Shown one piece after another: positions 17,873 through 31,165 of a stretch of DNA of 64,000 bases. Position 1 is the stretch's first letter. The number at the start of each line of letters is the position of its first letter. This DNA comes from Geopsychrobacteraceae bacterium (GTDB lineage: Bacteria > Desulfobacterota > Desulfuromonadia > Desulfuromonadales > Geopsychrobacteraceae). A program made the position numbers and the translations under genes. The notes under the pieces were generated by a model. That model had not been told where the DNA came from and ran no database searches. It saw only the letters and a list, made by a program, of their open reading frames with translations. The DNA lies in NCBI GenBank assembly GCA_963676795.2, contig CAXXTB010000002.1:992001-1056000 (forward strand). The letters are read 5' to 3'.

Positions 17873-19727
17873 TGGGAAGTGGTCAGATCTGCCGATAATC
17901 CAGCGCCGTTTCTTTATCTATACGCTTGCGGCGACCCTGGTCTTTGCCCTGCTGTTGTTGCGCATCTGGTATCTACAGGTTGTCAGTTATGATGATCTGC
18001 AGGAACGTTCCATCCGTAACCGGACCCGCATGCTGAGCCTGGACGCCCCGCGCGGCCCGATTTTCGACCGCAACGGCGAGTTGTTGGTCGACAGCAGACC
18101 CGCCTTCCAGATTTCGGTGATGCGTCAGGATGTTGAGGACAGGGTTCAGTTGCTACAGTCCCTGGCGGAACTGCTTGATGTCGATGTGGCTGATCTGGAG
18201 CAGCGCTGGCAGGAGGGCAGGCGTTTTCCTGTTTATCGGCCGATCCCTCTGGCCAGTGACGTCAGTCGGGAGATGATGGAGCGGGTCCAGGAGCACAGCT
18301 TTGATCTGCCCGGAGTGATTATCGAGGTGCTGCCGATTCGTGATTATCTCAACGGCGGCGAAGCGGCCCATCTGATCGGCTATCTGGGGGAAATCACTGA
18401 GGACGAGCTGCGCAGCGCCGAGTTTCTGGATTATCGCGGTGGCGATTTTGTCGGCAAAACCGCTCTGGAGCGAGCTTTTGAGCCCTATCTGCGGGGTCAT
18501 AAGGGGGAACGCCTGGTCGAGGTGGACGTTAAGGGTAAGCTGATGCGCCAGTTGCAGATGGAGTCACCGCGTCCCGGCAGCAAGGTTTACCTGACCATTG
18601 ACGAAGAGCTGCAACAGGCAGCCGGCTCGGCTTTCGGTGAGGAATCCGGAGCGGCGGTCGCCCTCGATGTCAAAACCGGCGATGTCCTGGCGATGGTCAG
18701 CCGTCCGACCTTCGATCCAGCTCTGTTTGCCAAGGGGATCGCTGCCGATGAGTGGAACGCTCTGGCCAAGGACAAACGTTTCCCTTTGCAGAATAAGGTC
18801 ATCGCTGGCCAGTATCCGCCGGGATCGACATTCAAGATGATCGTTGCTCTTGCCGCCATGCGCGAAGGGATTGCCGGGCCCGAGCACAAGGTCTATTGTG
18901 ACGGTGCTTATGAGGTTGGTGGTAGCCGTTACCGCTGCTGGAAACGTCACGGTCACGGTGAAACCGATATGATCAAGGCATTGCGCGAGAGCTGCGACGT
19001 CTGGTTTTACGAGGTTGGCCTGGAGCTGGGGATCGACAAGTTGTCGCAGGCTGCCCGGGAATTCGGTCTCGGCGCGCCGGTCGGCTATCCGCTGCCGGGT
19101 GAAAAATCCGGGGTGATGCCGAGCCAGGAATGGAAGCACGACCGCTACAACAAGCCCTGGTATGCTGGCGAGACTGTTATCGCCTCAATCGGGCAGGGCT
19201 TTGTGCTTGCGACTCCATTGCAGCTGGCGGTCATGACAGCGGCTCTGGCCAACCAGGGGAATGTATTGAAACCGAACGTGATCAGCCGGGTCGAGGATTG
19301 GGATGGCAATGTTCTGTTGCAGTCTGAACCTGAAGTGGTCCGGTCCCTCAGCTATTCACGTCAGGCCTGGGACACCGTGCGCAAGGGGATGATCCAGGTT
19401 GTAAACGATCAGCGCGGAACCGGGACCTATGCCCATCTTGAAGAGGCGACGGTTGCCGGCAAGTCGGGCACCTCGCAGGTGGTCAGAAGAAAGTCGGACG
19501 AAGAGGAGGAAGTGGAGGAAGAAGACGGAAAGATCCCTTACCGCTTTCGTCCTCATGCGCTGTTTGTCGCCTATGCACCGGCCGAAAAGCCTGAAATTGC
19601 CGTTGCGGTTGTTGTCGAGCATGGCGAGTCGGGCGGACGGGCTGCCGGACCGGTGGCCCAGAAGATCATTCAGCGCTATCTCGAACTGAAAGTGCAGCGT
19701 GCCGCACAATCCGGAGAAGAACCATGA
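17862..19727 (+). CDS. mrdA: Penicillin-binding protein 2
   Basis: APRGPIFDRNG, PPGSTFK (SxxK), SCD and KSG motifs; likely start ATG 17862. Confidence 0.95.
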   Translation: MSLDGKWSDLPIIQRRFFIYTLAATLVFALLLLRIWYLQVVSYDDLQERSIRNRTRMLSLDAPRGPIFDRNGELLVDSRPAFQISVMRQDVEDRVQLLQSLAELLDVDVADLEQRWQEGRRFPVYRPIPLASDVSREMMERVQEHSFDLPGVIIEVLPIRDYLNGGEAAHLIGYLGEITEDELRSAEFLDYRGGDFVGKTALERAFEPYLRGHKGERLVEVDVKGKLMRQLQMESPRPGSKVYLTIDEELQQAAGSAFGEESGAAVALDVKTGDVLAMVSRPTFDPALFAKGIAADEWNALAKDKRFPLQNKVIAGQYPPGSTFKMIVALAAMREGIAGPEHKVYCDGAYEVGGSRYRCWKRHGHGETDMIKALRESCDVWFYEVGLELGIDKLSQAAREFGLGAPVGYPLPGEKSGVMPSQEWKHDRYNKPWYAGETVIASIGQGFVLATPLQLAVMTAALANQGNVLKPNVISRVEDWDGNVLLQSEPEVVRSLSYSRQAWDTVRKGMIQVVNDQRGTGTYAHLEEATVAGKSGTSQVVRRKSDEEEEVEEEDGKIPYRFRPHALFVAYAPAEKPEIAVAVVVEHGESGGRAAGPVAQKIIQRYLELKVQRAAQSGEEP

Positions 19728-20821
19728 TAGATCGTCGCCTGATTATCAATTTCGACTGGGTCCTGTTGCTGATCGTCATTGCTCTGGCTGGTGTCGGAAT
19801 CCTCAACCTATACAGCGCGACCCTAAGCTGGGGCGCCATGTCGGCACCACTTTATCTGAAACAGGGGCTCTGGCTGCTCGGGGGAGTGCTTATCGCCCTG
19901 TTTATCTGCCTGTTTGACTATCGTCATCTGGAATATTTCGCGACCCACTTTTATGTCCTGAGTATCGGCATGCTGGTTTTCGTGCTGACCCTCGGCCATA
20001 CCTCGATGGGGGCGACCCGCTGGATCAACCTCGGTTTTTTTAACCTGCAGCCGAGCGAGGTTATCAAGTTGGCCGTTGTCCTGGTTCTGGCCCGTATTTT
20101 TTCACGCACAGTGACGTTGCAGGGCTACAGTTTCTTTGAACTGTGGCTCCCGGCCTTTCTGATCCTTCTGCCGGTCGTCCTGATTCTCAAACAGCCCGAC
20201 TTGGGAACGGCGCTGATGGTGATCTTTATTGCCGGAAGTATGCTGTTGTTTGCCGGGGTGCGCAGAAAGACCCTGCTCGCGCTCTTTATCCTCGGGCTGA
20301 TCGCCGTTTCCGCAGGCTGGTTCGGTCTGCACGATTATCAGCGCGCACGGGTTATGACCTTCCTCAATCCGGAAGCGGACCCGCTCGGTTCAGGCTATCA
20401 TATTATCCAGTCGAAGATTGCGGTTGGCAGCGGCGGCCTGGTCGGCAAGGGGTTTGCCCAGGGGAGCCAGTCGCAGCTCTCCTTTCTGCCTGAGCGCCAC
20501 ACAGATTTCGCTTTTTCCGTTTTTGCCGAGGAATGGGGCTTTGCCGGCTGCCTGGTGCTGCTCACTTGTTATCTGTTCATGATCGCCTGGGGGCTCTATA
20601 TCGCCAGGCAGGCGTCAGATCGGTTCGGGATGTTCCTGGCTCTGGGGGTGACGGCGATGACCTTCTGGCATATCGTCGTCAATCTGGGGATGGTTATCGG
20701 CCTGCTGCCGGTTGTCGGCGTTCCGTTGCCGCTCTTCTCCTACGGTGGAACCAGTATGGTGACAACCATGATCGGGGTCGGGTTGCTGATGAATGTGAGC
20801 ATGCGGCGCTTCATGTTCTAG
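19724..20821 (+). CDS. rodA: Rod shape-determining protein RodA (SEDS family)
   Basis: GATRWI, QPSE, QPDLGT, FLPERHTDF, PLFSYGG. Confidence 0.96.
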   Translation: MIDRRLIINFDWVLLLIVIALAGVGILNLYSATLSWGAMSAPLYLKQGLWLLGGVLIALFICLFDYRHLEYFATHFYVLSIGMLVFVLTLGHTSMGATRWINLGFFNLQPSEVIKLAVVLVLARIFSRTVTLQGYSFFELWLPAFLILLPVVLILKQPDLGTALMVIFIAGSMLLFAGVRRKTLLALFILGLIAVSAGWFGLHDYQRARVMTFLNPEADPLGSGYHIIQSKIAVGSGGLVGKGFAQGSQSQLSFLPERHTDFAFSVFAEEWGFAGCLVLLTCYLFMIAWGLYIARQASDRFGMFLALGVTAMTFWHIVVNLGMVIGLLPVVGVPLPLFSYGGTSMVTTMIGVGLLMNVSMRRFMF

Positions 20822-20961
20822 TTTCCGGCTCAGAAAGCGCCTTTTTCCGCCAGCTCTGCGTCAAGCCGCACAAGCGCTTGTGCGGCGTAAAGTACTACGC
20901 CTCCGCGCTTCTGCTTGGTTTCCTTGATCTGACGAAAAATTGCTGATTTGTGAGCCGGAAA
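20822..20961. repeat. 140-bp palindromic MITE/REP-like element between convergent rodA and rarA
   Basis: Terminal IR TTTCCGGCTCA...TGAGCCGGAAA (imperfect match extends ~36 bp); perfect 22-bp internal palindrome GCCGCACAAGCGCTTGTGCGGC (20865-20886); GGCGTA-N6-TACGCC hairpin. Confidence 0.7.
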
Positions 20962-20979
20962 TCTTATCCTTCTGAGCCG

Positions 20980-22293
20980 CTATGACTCCTTCTCTGGCCT
21001 GTTGCGCAGAAAGTTCAGCCTCTCACCGATGGTTTTCTCGTAGCCGCGTTCGGTCGGCTCGTAGAAGCTGGTTCCTGCAATGGCCTTCGGCAGATAGCTT
21101 TGCTCGGCATAGCCGTCCTGGTAGTTGTGGGCGTACTTGTAGTCCTTGCCGTAGCCTAAATCCTTCATCAATTTCGTCGGGGCGTTGCGGATATGCAGCG
21201 GAACCGGCAATGCTCCGGTTTTCCTGACCTCGGCCTGGGCGGCGCCGATGGCTGCGTAGCTGGCATTGCTCTTGGGGGCGGTGGCCAGGTAGGTGACGCC
21301 GTGGGCCAGGTTGATTCGTGCTTCGGGCAGGCCGACAAAATGGACGGCCTGCTGGACGGCCAGTGCCATCTGCAGGGCACGCGGGTCGGCGTTGCCGATG
21401 TCTTCCGAAGCGAAAATGACCATCCGGCGGACAATGAACAGGGGATCTTCGCCTGCTTCGAGCATGCGTGCCAGCCAGTAGACAGCGGCATCCGGGTCGG
21501 AGCCGCGCATGCTTTTGATGAAGGCGGAGATGACATTGTAGTGTTCTTCGGCGCCTTTGTCGTAGGTCAGCGCTCTGTTCTGCAGGGCTTCCTCGACGTC
21601 GCTCTGCCTGATCTGCTGGCGTGCCGGGCAGGTTGCAGCGGCGATCTCCAGGGTGCCGAGGGCACTGCGGGCGTCGCCGTTGGCCTGGCCGGCGATAAAG
21701 TTAAGGGCCTCATCGCTGATTGTCAGCTGGCGCAGGCCGAGACCGCGCTCGTCAATAAGAGCCAGGTTGAGCAGTTCCTTGAGCTCAGCTTCGCTCAGGG
21801 GTTCCAGGACGAAAACCCGGGAACGGGAGAGCAGGGCGGAATTGACCTCGAAGCTCGGATTCTCGGTTGTTGCGCCGATCAGGGTGATTTCGCCTTTCTC
21901 GACAGCCGGCAGAAAGGCATCCTGTTGAGCCTTGTTGAAGCGATGGATTTCATCGACAAAGAGCAGGGTCTTGCGTTGGTAGTAGGCACGTTGATGCTGT
22001 GCTTCGACGATGATTTCGCGGACCTCCTTAATGCTGCCGAGCACCGCCGAGAAGAACACAAAACGGCTGCTGGTACAGTTGGCAATCACCCGTCCCAGGG
22101 TGGTCTTGCCGGTGCCTGGCGGTCCCCAGAAGATGATGGAGCTGATCTTGTCGTTTTCAATCAGTTTGCGCAGCAGTTTGTCAGGGCCGAGCAGGTGCTG
22201 CTGGCCGACGATCTCGTCAAGTGAGCGCGGACGCATTCTTTCGGCGAGGGGGGTATTGTCACTTGTCGCTGTTTTCTGTTCAAATAGATCCAT
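20980..22293 (-). CDS. rarA: Replication-associated recombination protein A (AAA+ ATPase, MgsA/RarA)
   Basis: PLAERMRP, WGPPGTGKTT, FVDEIHRFNKAQQD, ISAFIKSMRGSD. Confidence 0.96.
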   Translation of the reverse strand: MDLFEQKTATSDNTPLAERMRPRSLDEIVGQQHLLGPDKLLRKLIENDKISSIIFWGPPGTGKTTLGRVIANCTSSRFVFFSAVLGSIKEVREIIVEAQHQRAYYQRKTLLFVDEIHRFNKAQQDAFLPAVEKGEITLIGATTENPSFEVNSALLSRSRVFVLEPLSEAELKELLNLALIDERGLGLRQLTISDEALNFIAGQANGDARSALGTLEIAAATCPARQQIRQSDVEEALQNRALTYDKGAEEHYNVISAFIKSMRGSDPDAAVYWLARMLEAGEDPLFIVRRMVIFASEDIGNADPRALQMALAVQQAVHFVGLPEARINLAHGVTYLATAPKSNASYAAIGAAQAEVRKTGALPVPLHIRNAPTKLMKDLGYGKDYKYAHNYQDGYAEQSYLPKAIAGTSFYEPTERGYEKTIGERLNFLRNRPEKES

Positions 22294-22470
22294 ACATTGA
22301 CTCCGTCATTTTCGTCGCACCAATGTAGCATGCGGGCCTGTCGGCGACAACATTCTAAGTATCTGAATGCGATGGACTTTCGTTTTGCCTTGTGGTAATT
22401 CTCTGGGCGACTTTGAAGATAAAAAACCGTCCGTCAGGGATGTTTGAAAAAAACAGCTCAAGGTGGGGAA

Positions 22471-23325
22471 ATGCTTAAAAAAATCGGAGTTTACGCAAAA
22501 TGCGACCATCCTGACGTCGCTGAACTCGTTGAGCAGATTCGCGTGCGTTTGGATCGGGCCGCCATTGGCCTGCTGCTCGATCAGCAGGTTGCCGAGCTGA
22601 TCGGTCAGCGAGGGATCGACGGCGAGGAGCTGCCGTCTCTGGTCGATCTGATCATCGTGCTTGGCGGAGACGGGACGCTGATCTCTGTCGCGCGCCGGAT
22701 CGGCAGCCGGAATGTTCCGATTGTCGGTGTCAATCTCGGCCGTCTTGGTTTTCTGACCGAGGTGACCCGTGATGAGCTGCCGTTGCTCCTTGATGTGCTT
22801 GTCGAAGGCAAACATGTCGTTTCCGATCGGATGATGCTCGATGCGGTAATCTATCGCGATGGGGAAAACGTTGGTGAGTGTACTGCCTTAAACGATGTCA
22901 TTATCAAGAAGAAGGCCCTTGCGCGTATCCTTGACCTGGATACCCATGTCGATGGACGTCACCTGAGTTCCTTCCGGGCTGACGGACTGATCGTCTCCAC
23001 CGCGACCGGGTCGACGGGCTACAGCCTTGCGGCAGGGGGGCCGATCATCTATCCGGAATTGAACAGCCTGCTGATAACGCCGATCTGTCCGCATATGTTG
23101 ACCAATCGTCCGATTGTCGTCTGGAGCAGCTCGGTGATCGAGATCGAGGTCAAGTCGCAGAATGACGTTGTCTTCTTTACCGCTGACGGTCAGGTCGGTT
23201 TTGAGCTGATTCCCGGCGACAAGGTCGAGGTCCGGCGCTCCGATTCGCGAACCTGGCTGGTCAACAGTCCGAGCAAGGACTATTTCGAAATCCTCCGGAC
23301 CAAGCTGGGCTGGGGCGAGAGCTGA
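22471..23325 (+). CDS. nadK: NAD(+) kinase
   Basis: LGGDGT, NLGRLGFL, LND, DGLIVSTATGSTGYSLAAGGP; start set at ATG 22471. Confidence 0.95.
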   Translation: MLKKIGVYAKCDHPDVAELVEQIRVRLDRAAIGLLLDQQVAELIGQRGIDGEELPSLVDLIIVLGGDGTLISVARRIGSRNVPIVGVNLGRLGFLTEVTRDELPLLLDVLVEGKHVVSDRMMLDAVIYRDGENVGECTALNDVIIKKKALARILDLDTHVDGRHLSSFRADGLIVSTATGSTGYSLAAGGPIIYPELNSLLITPICPHMLTNRPIVVWSSSVIEIEVKSQNDVVFFTADGQVGFELIPGDKVEVRRSDSRTWLVNSPSKDYFEILRTKLGWGES

Positions 23326-23363
23326 GTCTCTCTGTTTCATCCGGCGATCTTCCTAAAGAACCT

Positions 23364-25040
23364 ATGCTGACTGATCTGATCATAAAAAATGTCGCGATTA
23401 TCGAACAGCTACATGTCTCCTTTGCTGCGGGTTTCAATGTTCTGACCGGTGAAACCGGGGCCGGCAAGTCGATTATCATCGATTCGGTCAATCTGCTGCT
23501 CGGCGGGCGGGCGCGTGGTGAGGCGATCCGGACCGGCAGCGACGAGGCCTCGGTTGAGGCTATCTTCGACCTGACCGATAATGCGCCTGTGCGTGCCCGG
23601 CTCGGGGAGATGGAGTTGGCGGCTGGGGATGAACTGATTATCCGGCGGATCATTTCCCGCTCCGGAAAGAATCGTGTTTTTGTCAACGGTACAGCTGTGC
23701 CGGTCGCCCAGTTGCGTGAGCTGGCCGAGGGGCTGGTCAATATCTACGGACAGCATGATCAGCAGAGCTTGCAGCGGCCTGAAACCCACCTCGGGCTGCT
23801 CGATCATTTTGCCGGCACAGTCCCCGAGTTGGAGACCTACGTAGCGTGCTATACCGAATTCAGCCGGTTGAAACATGAGCTTGCCGATCTGGAGAGGGCG
23901 GAGCGCAACCGACAGCAGCGCCTCGATATGCTGCAGTTTCAGCAGCAGGAACTGGCCGCGGCCGCGCTCAAGGATGGCGAGGAGCAAGAGCTTGAGCAGG
24001 AGCGCTCCCTGCTGGTGAATGCCGAAAAGCTGATGGCGGCAACCCAGGGGGGCTACGATCTGCTCTATGCCGGCCAGACTGCGGTCAGCGAAACCCTGGC
24101 CCAGGTTGCGATCCAGCTGGAAAAACTCCAGCATATTGATCCCGCGCTGGCTCCACTGGCTGAGACCTTGCGCAGCAGTCAGTATGCCCTGGAGGATGTG
24201 GCCACAGAACTGAGGAGCTATTCGGACAAACTCGATTTCGAGCCGCAGCGTCAGCAGCTGGTTGAGGAGCGTCTGACCCTGATCGCCACCCTCAAACGCA
24301 AATATGCACCCAGTGTTGCCGAGCTGCTCGCCTATCTGGATGCAATCAGCCGTGAACTCGAAACTCTAAACGATGTCGAGGGGCACAGGCAGCGCCTTGA
24401 AGCCGCCCTGCAGAAAGCTCAGCAGCAGCTGTTGGCCGCGGGACAGCAGTTAAGTCGCAAACGCGAACAGGGCGTCGCTGTTCTGTCCCGCGCCATTGAA
24501 GCAGAACTGGCCGATCTGGCGATGCCGAAAGCGCGCTTCACTATGCCGCTTGAAAAGCTCGACGAACCTGCCCCGAACGGCCTTGAGCGGGGAGAATTCT
24601 ATCTTGCGGCCAACCCGGGGGAAGAGGCTCAGCCGCTGGCGAAGATTGCCTCGGGTGGCGAATTGTCGCGGATCATGCTGGCTTTGCGGCGCAGCGCTCC
24701 GCTCGGCGATTCGGTGCGGACCCTGATCTTCGATGAGGTCGATGCCGGTATCGGCGGCGAAGCAGCGACAGCTGTCGGTGAAAAAATCAGTCGTCTCGGT
24801 CAGTCGATTCAGGTGCTCTGTGTCACCCACCTGCCACAGGTTGCCGCTTTTGCTGATCATCATTACCGGGTGGCGAAGGGGGAAAAGGCCGGCCGGACCG
24901 CAACCGAGTTGCGCCAGCTTGATAGCGAGGAGCGCGTTCAGGAGATGGCCCGTATGCTCGGTGGCGCCAAAATCGGTGAAAATACCCTGGTTCATGCGCG
25001 TGAGCTGATCGACAGTTCGCGCTCACTGCTTGTCGATTAA
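23364..25040 (+). CDS. recN: DNA repair protein RecN
   Basis: LTGETGAGKS, ASGGELSR, FDEVDAGIGG, VTHLPQVA. Confidence 0.97.
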   Translation: MLTDLIIKNVAIIEQLHVSFAAGFNVLTGETGAGKSIIIDSVNLLLGGRARGEAIRTGSDEASVEAIFDLTDNAPVRARLGEMELAAGDELIIRRIISRSGKNRVFVNGTAVPVAQLRELAEGLVNIYGQHDQQSLQRPETHLGLLDHFAGTVPELETYVACYTEFSRLKHELADLERAERNRQQRLDMLQFQQQELAAAALKDGEEQELEQERSLLVNAEKLMAATQGGYDLLYAGQTAVSETLAQVAIQLEKLQHIDPALAPLAETLRSSQYALEDVATELRSYSDKLDFEPQRQQLVEERLTLIATLKRKYAPSVAELLAYLDAISRELETLNDVEGHRQRLEAALQKAQQQLLAAGQQLSRKREQGVAVLSRAIEAELADLAMPKARFTMPLEKLDEPAPNGLERGEFYLAANPGEEAQPLAKIASGGELSRIMLALRRSAPLGDSVRTLIFDEVDAGIGGEAATAVGEKISRLGQSIQVLCVTHLPQVAAFADHHYRVAKGEKAGRTATELRQLDSEERVQEMARMLGGAKIGENTLVHARELIDSSRSLLVD

Positions 25041-25063
25041 TTAATATTCGGAGTTTATAGACT

Positions 25064-25519
25064 ATGCTGCGTCGCGCCAGAATTCCTGATGCCCGTTCAA
25101 TCCATGCTCTTTTGCTCTCGTTTGCCAGAGACGGGCAGTTGCTGGGGCGCTCGCTGGCCAATATCTATGACGCCATCCGCGATTTTTACGTCTACGAGGT
25201 CGATGGCAAGATTCTGGGAGTCGGGGCCCTGGCCATCTGCTGGGAAGATCTGGCCGAAGTGCGTTCCCTGGCGGTCAGCGCCGATCAGCAGGGGCAGGGG
25301 ATCGGTCGCCTGCTCGTCGAACAGTGCCTGGTCGAAGCCAGGGACCTCGGCCTGAAAAGGGTCTTTGCCCTGACCTACCAGCCTGAATTTTTTAAGAAAC
25401 TCGGCTTTTCGGATATTGAGAAGTCCGAGCTTCCGCAGAAGGTCTGGGGGGACTGTATCAACTGTGTCAAGTTCCCGGATTGTGACGAATACGCGCTGGC
25501 GATAAATTTGTTGGTATAG
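25064..25519 (+). CDS. GNAT N-acetyltransferase, short ArgA-like amino-acid N-acetyltransferase type
   Basis: LAEVRSLAV, QGQGIGR, VFALTY, Cys-rich tail KVWGDCINCVKFPDCDE. Confidence 0.8.
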   Translation: MLRRARIPDARSIHALLLSFARDGQLLGRSLANIYDAIRDFYVYEVDGKILGVGALAICWEDLAEVRSLAVSADQQGQGIGRLLVEQCLVEARDLGLKRVFALTYQPEFFKKLGFSDIEKSELPQKVWGDCINCVKFPDCDEYALAINLLV

Positions 25520-25639
25520 GTTAATGATTGTGTTAGGATTGTCTCATCCCTTGTGGAGAAAACATACTGATTGTTTTTTTCTCGATATCTGTGATACTTA
25601 GACGTCGCAGGAAATGAAAACCATTGTACGAGGCTTGGT

Positions 25640-26500
25640 TTGCCCAATCGTTTTTCGTTGATACTGATCCCTGAGGGGAGTAATAAGGTCCGCCGCTGGA
25701 AATTGAGCGGCAGGCTGATCTATGCTGTTGCCGCATCCTGGCTGCTTCTGGCAGGGATAGGTGCGTTGTTTGCCTGGGGGTATTATGCGGAGCGGGTGGA
25801 TCGCCAGGAACTTTTCCAGTTGCGTCAGGAGAATAACCTTCAGCGTCAGCAGCTGCAGCGCCTGGTGGTTGATTACGAGAACATCAATTATGAACTGAAC
25901 GCCCTGGCCACATCGGAAGCCAGGGTTCGCCAGCTGGCCAGTATCGATGTTGAGCCGCGTGAGATTCCGGTCGCTATCGGTGGTCTCCCCAATGAAAAGC
26001 TTGAAGTCGATGATCTGCAGGTGCAGATCAGCAGTCTGCAGGAGATGCTGAACCTGCGTCGCCAGAGCCAGGAAGAGATTCGCAATCTGCTCAATGATCA
26101 GGTGTCGATCAGCAGGGCAACGCCGAAGGGGTGGCCGACCCGGGGCTGGATCACCTCGTATTTCGGTATGCGTAAGTCACCGATTACCGGATTGCGGACG
26201 ATTCACGAGGGTCTTGATATTGCAGCGAACACGGGAACCTCGATTTATGCCACAGCCGATGGTGTGGTCTCCATGGTGGCTTATTCTCCGAGCTACGGCA
26301 AAACTCTTCAGATCGACCACGGCTACGGCTACCGGACGATTTTCGCTCATAATTCAAAGATTCTGGTCCAGAGCGGTCAGCGCGTCAAGCGCGGCGATAT
26401 GATCGCCAAGGTTGGAAATACCGGACGTTCAACCGGATCTCACCTGCACTATGAACTGCGCCTGAACGGCGTTCCTATCGACCCGCGTAAGACCCTCTAA
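25640..26500 (+). CDS. M23-family metallopeptidase with coiled coil
   Basis: HEGLDIA (HxxxD), STGSHLHYE (HxH); N-terminal TM; TTG start. Confidence 0.92.
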   Translation: MPNRFSLILIPEGSNKVRRWKLSGRLIYAVAASWLLLAGIGALFAWGYYAERVDRQELFQLRQENNLQRQQLQRLVVDYENINYELNALATSEARVRQLASIDVEPREIPVAIGGLPNEKLEVDDLQVQISSLQEMLNLRRQSQEEIRNLLNDQVSISRATPKGWPTRGWITSYFGMRKSPITGLRTIHEGLDIAANTGTSIYATADGVVSMVAYSPSYGKTLQIDHGYGYRTIFAHNSKILVQSGQRVKRGDMIAKVGNTGRSTGSHLHYELRLNGVPIDPRKTL

Positions 26501-26761
26501 GTTCTTTCTCTGTACCTCGACTCCCTGTATTGCCGGTGTTTCTGGCCGCTTCCTAGCGTAATCCTGACCCTTTGCTTTTTCTTCCCTTATTAAATCTGTG
26601 TAAGCGTCTGCAAAGCTGGAAAATCAGGGGTTTTTTCACCCTGTTTATTGCTTGTTGGCCTCTGCCGGGTATGCTACTATGCCCGGCATTATTCATTCGT
26701 TAATAATGTGAGAATCTGATATCAGGCGCCATCTTGAGGGCCGCCTTTGGAGTTATTCGTA

Positions 26762-29431
<2,670 letters not shown>

Positions 29432-29461
29432 TCTCTTATTCTTATTTGTCTTGGGGAGACT

Positions 29462-31162
29462 ATGGGGGCAGAGGTTCAAAATGCTAAACCTTCGATACTG
29501 CTGATTGACGACGTTCCGCTTATTCTCGACCTGCTTGAGGACATTCTGGAACCTCTCGATTATCCGATTCTGCGCCTCGAGGCCGGTGAAGGGGTTCTGC
29601 AGGTGCTGGATCGCGAGAATGTCGCGCTGGTCTTCTGCGATGTTTCTCTGCCCGATATGAATGGTGTTGAGGTCTTGCGCCTGATCAAGCAGCATACCTC
29701 GGAAATCCAGGTTGTGATGATCTCCGGCCAGCAGAATTTCAACGTCGCCCGTGAGGTTCTGCGGGAGAAGGCGTACGATTATCTGGTCAAGCCCTTTTCC
29801 CAGGAAGAGGTGCTGACGGCTGCCGAGCAGGGGCTGAACGCCTACTATCAGATTGTGCAGCAGGGGCGTGCACGGGTTGAAGCGAGACGCCGGATGGCCG
29901 ATCTGATCCTGTTGCGCAAGGTCGGGGAAACGGCCAGTTCCGGTAACGATCTGCAGCAGCTGTTCGACGAGATCGTCGACTCGATTGCGCTGTCCGCCGG
30001 CGTCGAGGTGGCTTCGCTGATGCTGGTCGAGGACGATGGAATGCTGCACATCAAGGCGGCAAACGGACTGGCCCGGGAGATCGCCCAGACGGTCCGGGTT
30101 GCACCGGGGGAAGGGATCTCCGGGCACGTTCTGGCCACGGGTGAATCGATCCTGGTCTCTAATATTGAGCAGGATGGCCGCTTCAAGTCCTTCCATGGTG
30201 CCCAGCGCTATAAGAACCAGTCACTTCTGTCTGTCCCTATCTATGTTCGAGAAGAACTGGTCGGAGTCATCAACGTCAACAACAAGAAATCGGGTGAGCC
30301 TTTCGATCTTGAGGATCAGCATCTGCTCGAAGCGATTGCCAACCAGGTCGCTCTGGCGATGGAGAACTTCAAGCTGGTCAACAATCTGCTGCAGCAGGCC
30401 AAGGTGCTGGAGCAGACCAACGAGGATCTGGTGCGTATGCACAGAGCGCGAACCCGCCTGGTCTGCAATCTGTCGCATGAGCTGAAGACACCGCTGACTT
30501 CGATTATGGGCTATGTTGACCTGTCGCTCACCTTTTATGAGAAGATGTCCGATGAGGAGATCAAGGACAACCTCGAAGAGGTCAGAAGTGAAGGCGTACG
30601 TCTGGAACGGCTGATTACCGGGATGCTGCGGCTCTTCTCCATCGAGTCGGAACGCGAGGTCTGGCGCTGGAAGTCGTTTGGTGTCCCCTGGCCGATTGCC
30701 GATGCCTTTCAGCATTTCAACAAGCAGATCCGGGCCCGCAAGCTGACGACCGAGCTGGACATCGCCGATGATCTCCCCGAGGTCTATGGCGATCAGGAAA
30801 AATTCAGTCTGGTTTTCAATTGCCTGGTTGATAATGCGATCAAGTTCAATCATGATGGCGGCCACATTCGTGTTGAGGCCAGAACACGGATCGATGATGG
30901 CCTCGAGTATGTCTACCTGCGTATTTTCAACAACGGGCTGTCGGTTCCGGTCGATGCGCAGGAAACGATTTTTAACTCCTATACCCAGCTTGGTGATATC
31001 GACACGGAGAAGCCGCATGGTGTCGGAATCGGGTTGTCGCTGGTCAAGGTGGTTATCGACCGGATGCAGGGGGATGTTTTCCTGGAAGAGATCGAGGGCG
31101 AGGGAACCTGTTTCGGCCTGATGCTTCCCACAGAACAAACGTTCAACAGATTAAGAGGTTAA
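29462..31162 (+). CDS. Hybrid sensor histidine kinase (REC-GAF-HisKA-HATPase)
   Basis: ILLIDD...CDVSLPDMNG receiver, GEGISG GAF, SHELKTPLTSI H-box, DNAIKF and GVGIGL. Confidence 0.9.
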   Translation: MGAEVQNAKPSILLIDDVPLILDLLEDILEPLDYPILRLEAGEGVLQVLDRENVALVFCDVSLPDMNGVEVLRLIKQHTSEIQVVMISGQQNFNVAREVLREKAYDYLVKPFSQEEVLTAAEQGLNAYYQIVQQGRARVEARRRMADLILLRKVGETASSGNDLQQLFDEIVDSIALSAGVEVASLMLVEDDGMLHIKAANGLAREIAQTVRVAPGEGISGHVLATGESILVSNIEQDGRFKSFHGAQRYKNQSLLSVPIYVREELVGVINVNNKKSGEPFDLEDQHLLEAIANQVALAMENFKLVNNLLQQAKVLEQTNEDLVRMHRARTRLVCNLSHELKTPLTSIMGYVDLSLTFYEKMSDEEIKDNLEEVRSEGVRLERLITGMLRLFSIESEREVWRWKSFGVPWPIADAFQHFNKQIRARKLTTELDIADDLPEVYGDQEKFSLVFNCLVDNAIKFNHDGGHIRVEARTRIDDGLEYVYLRIFNNGLSVPVDAQETIFNSYTQLGDIDTEKPHGVGIGLSLVKVVIDRMQGDVFLEEIEGEGTCFGLMLPTEQTFNRLRG

Positions 31163-31165
31163 TCG

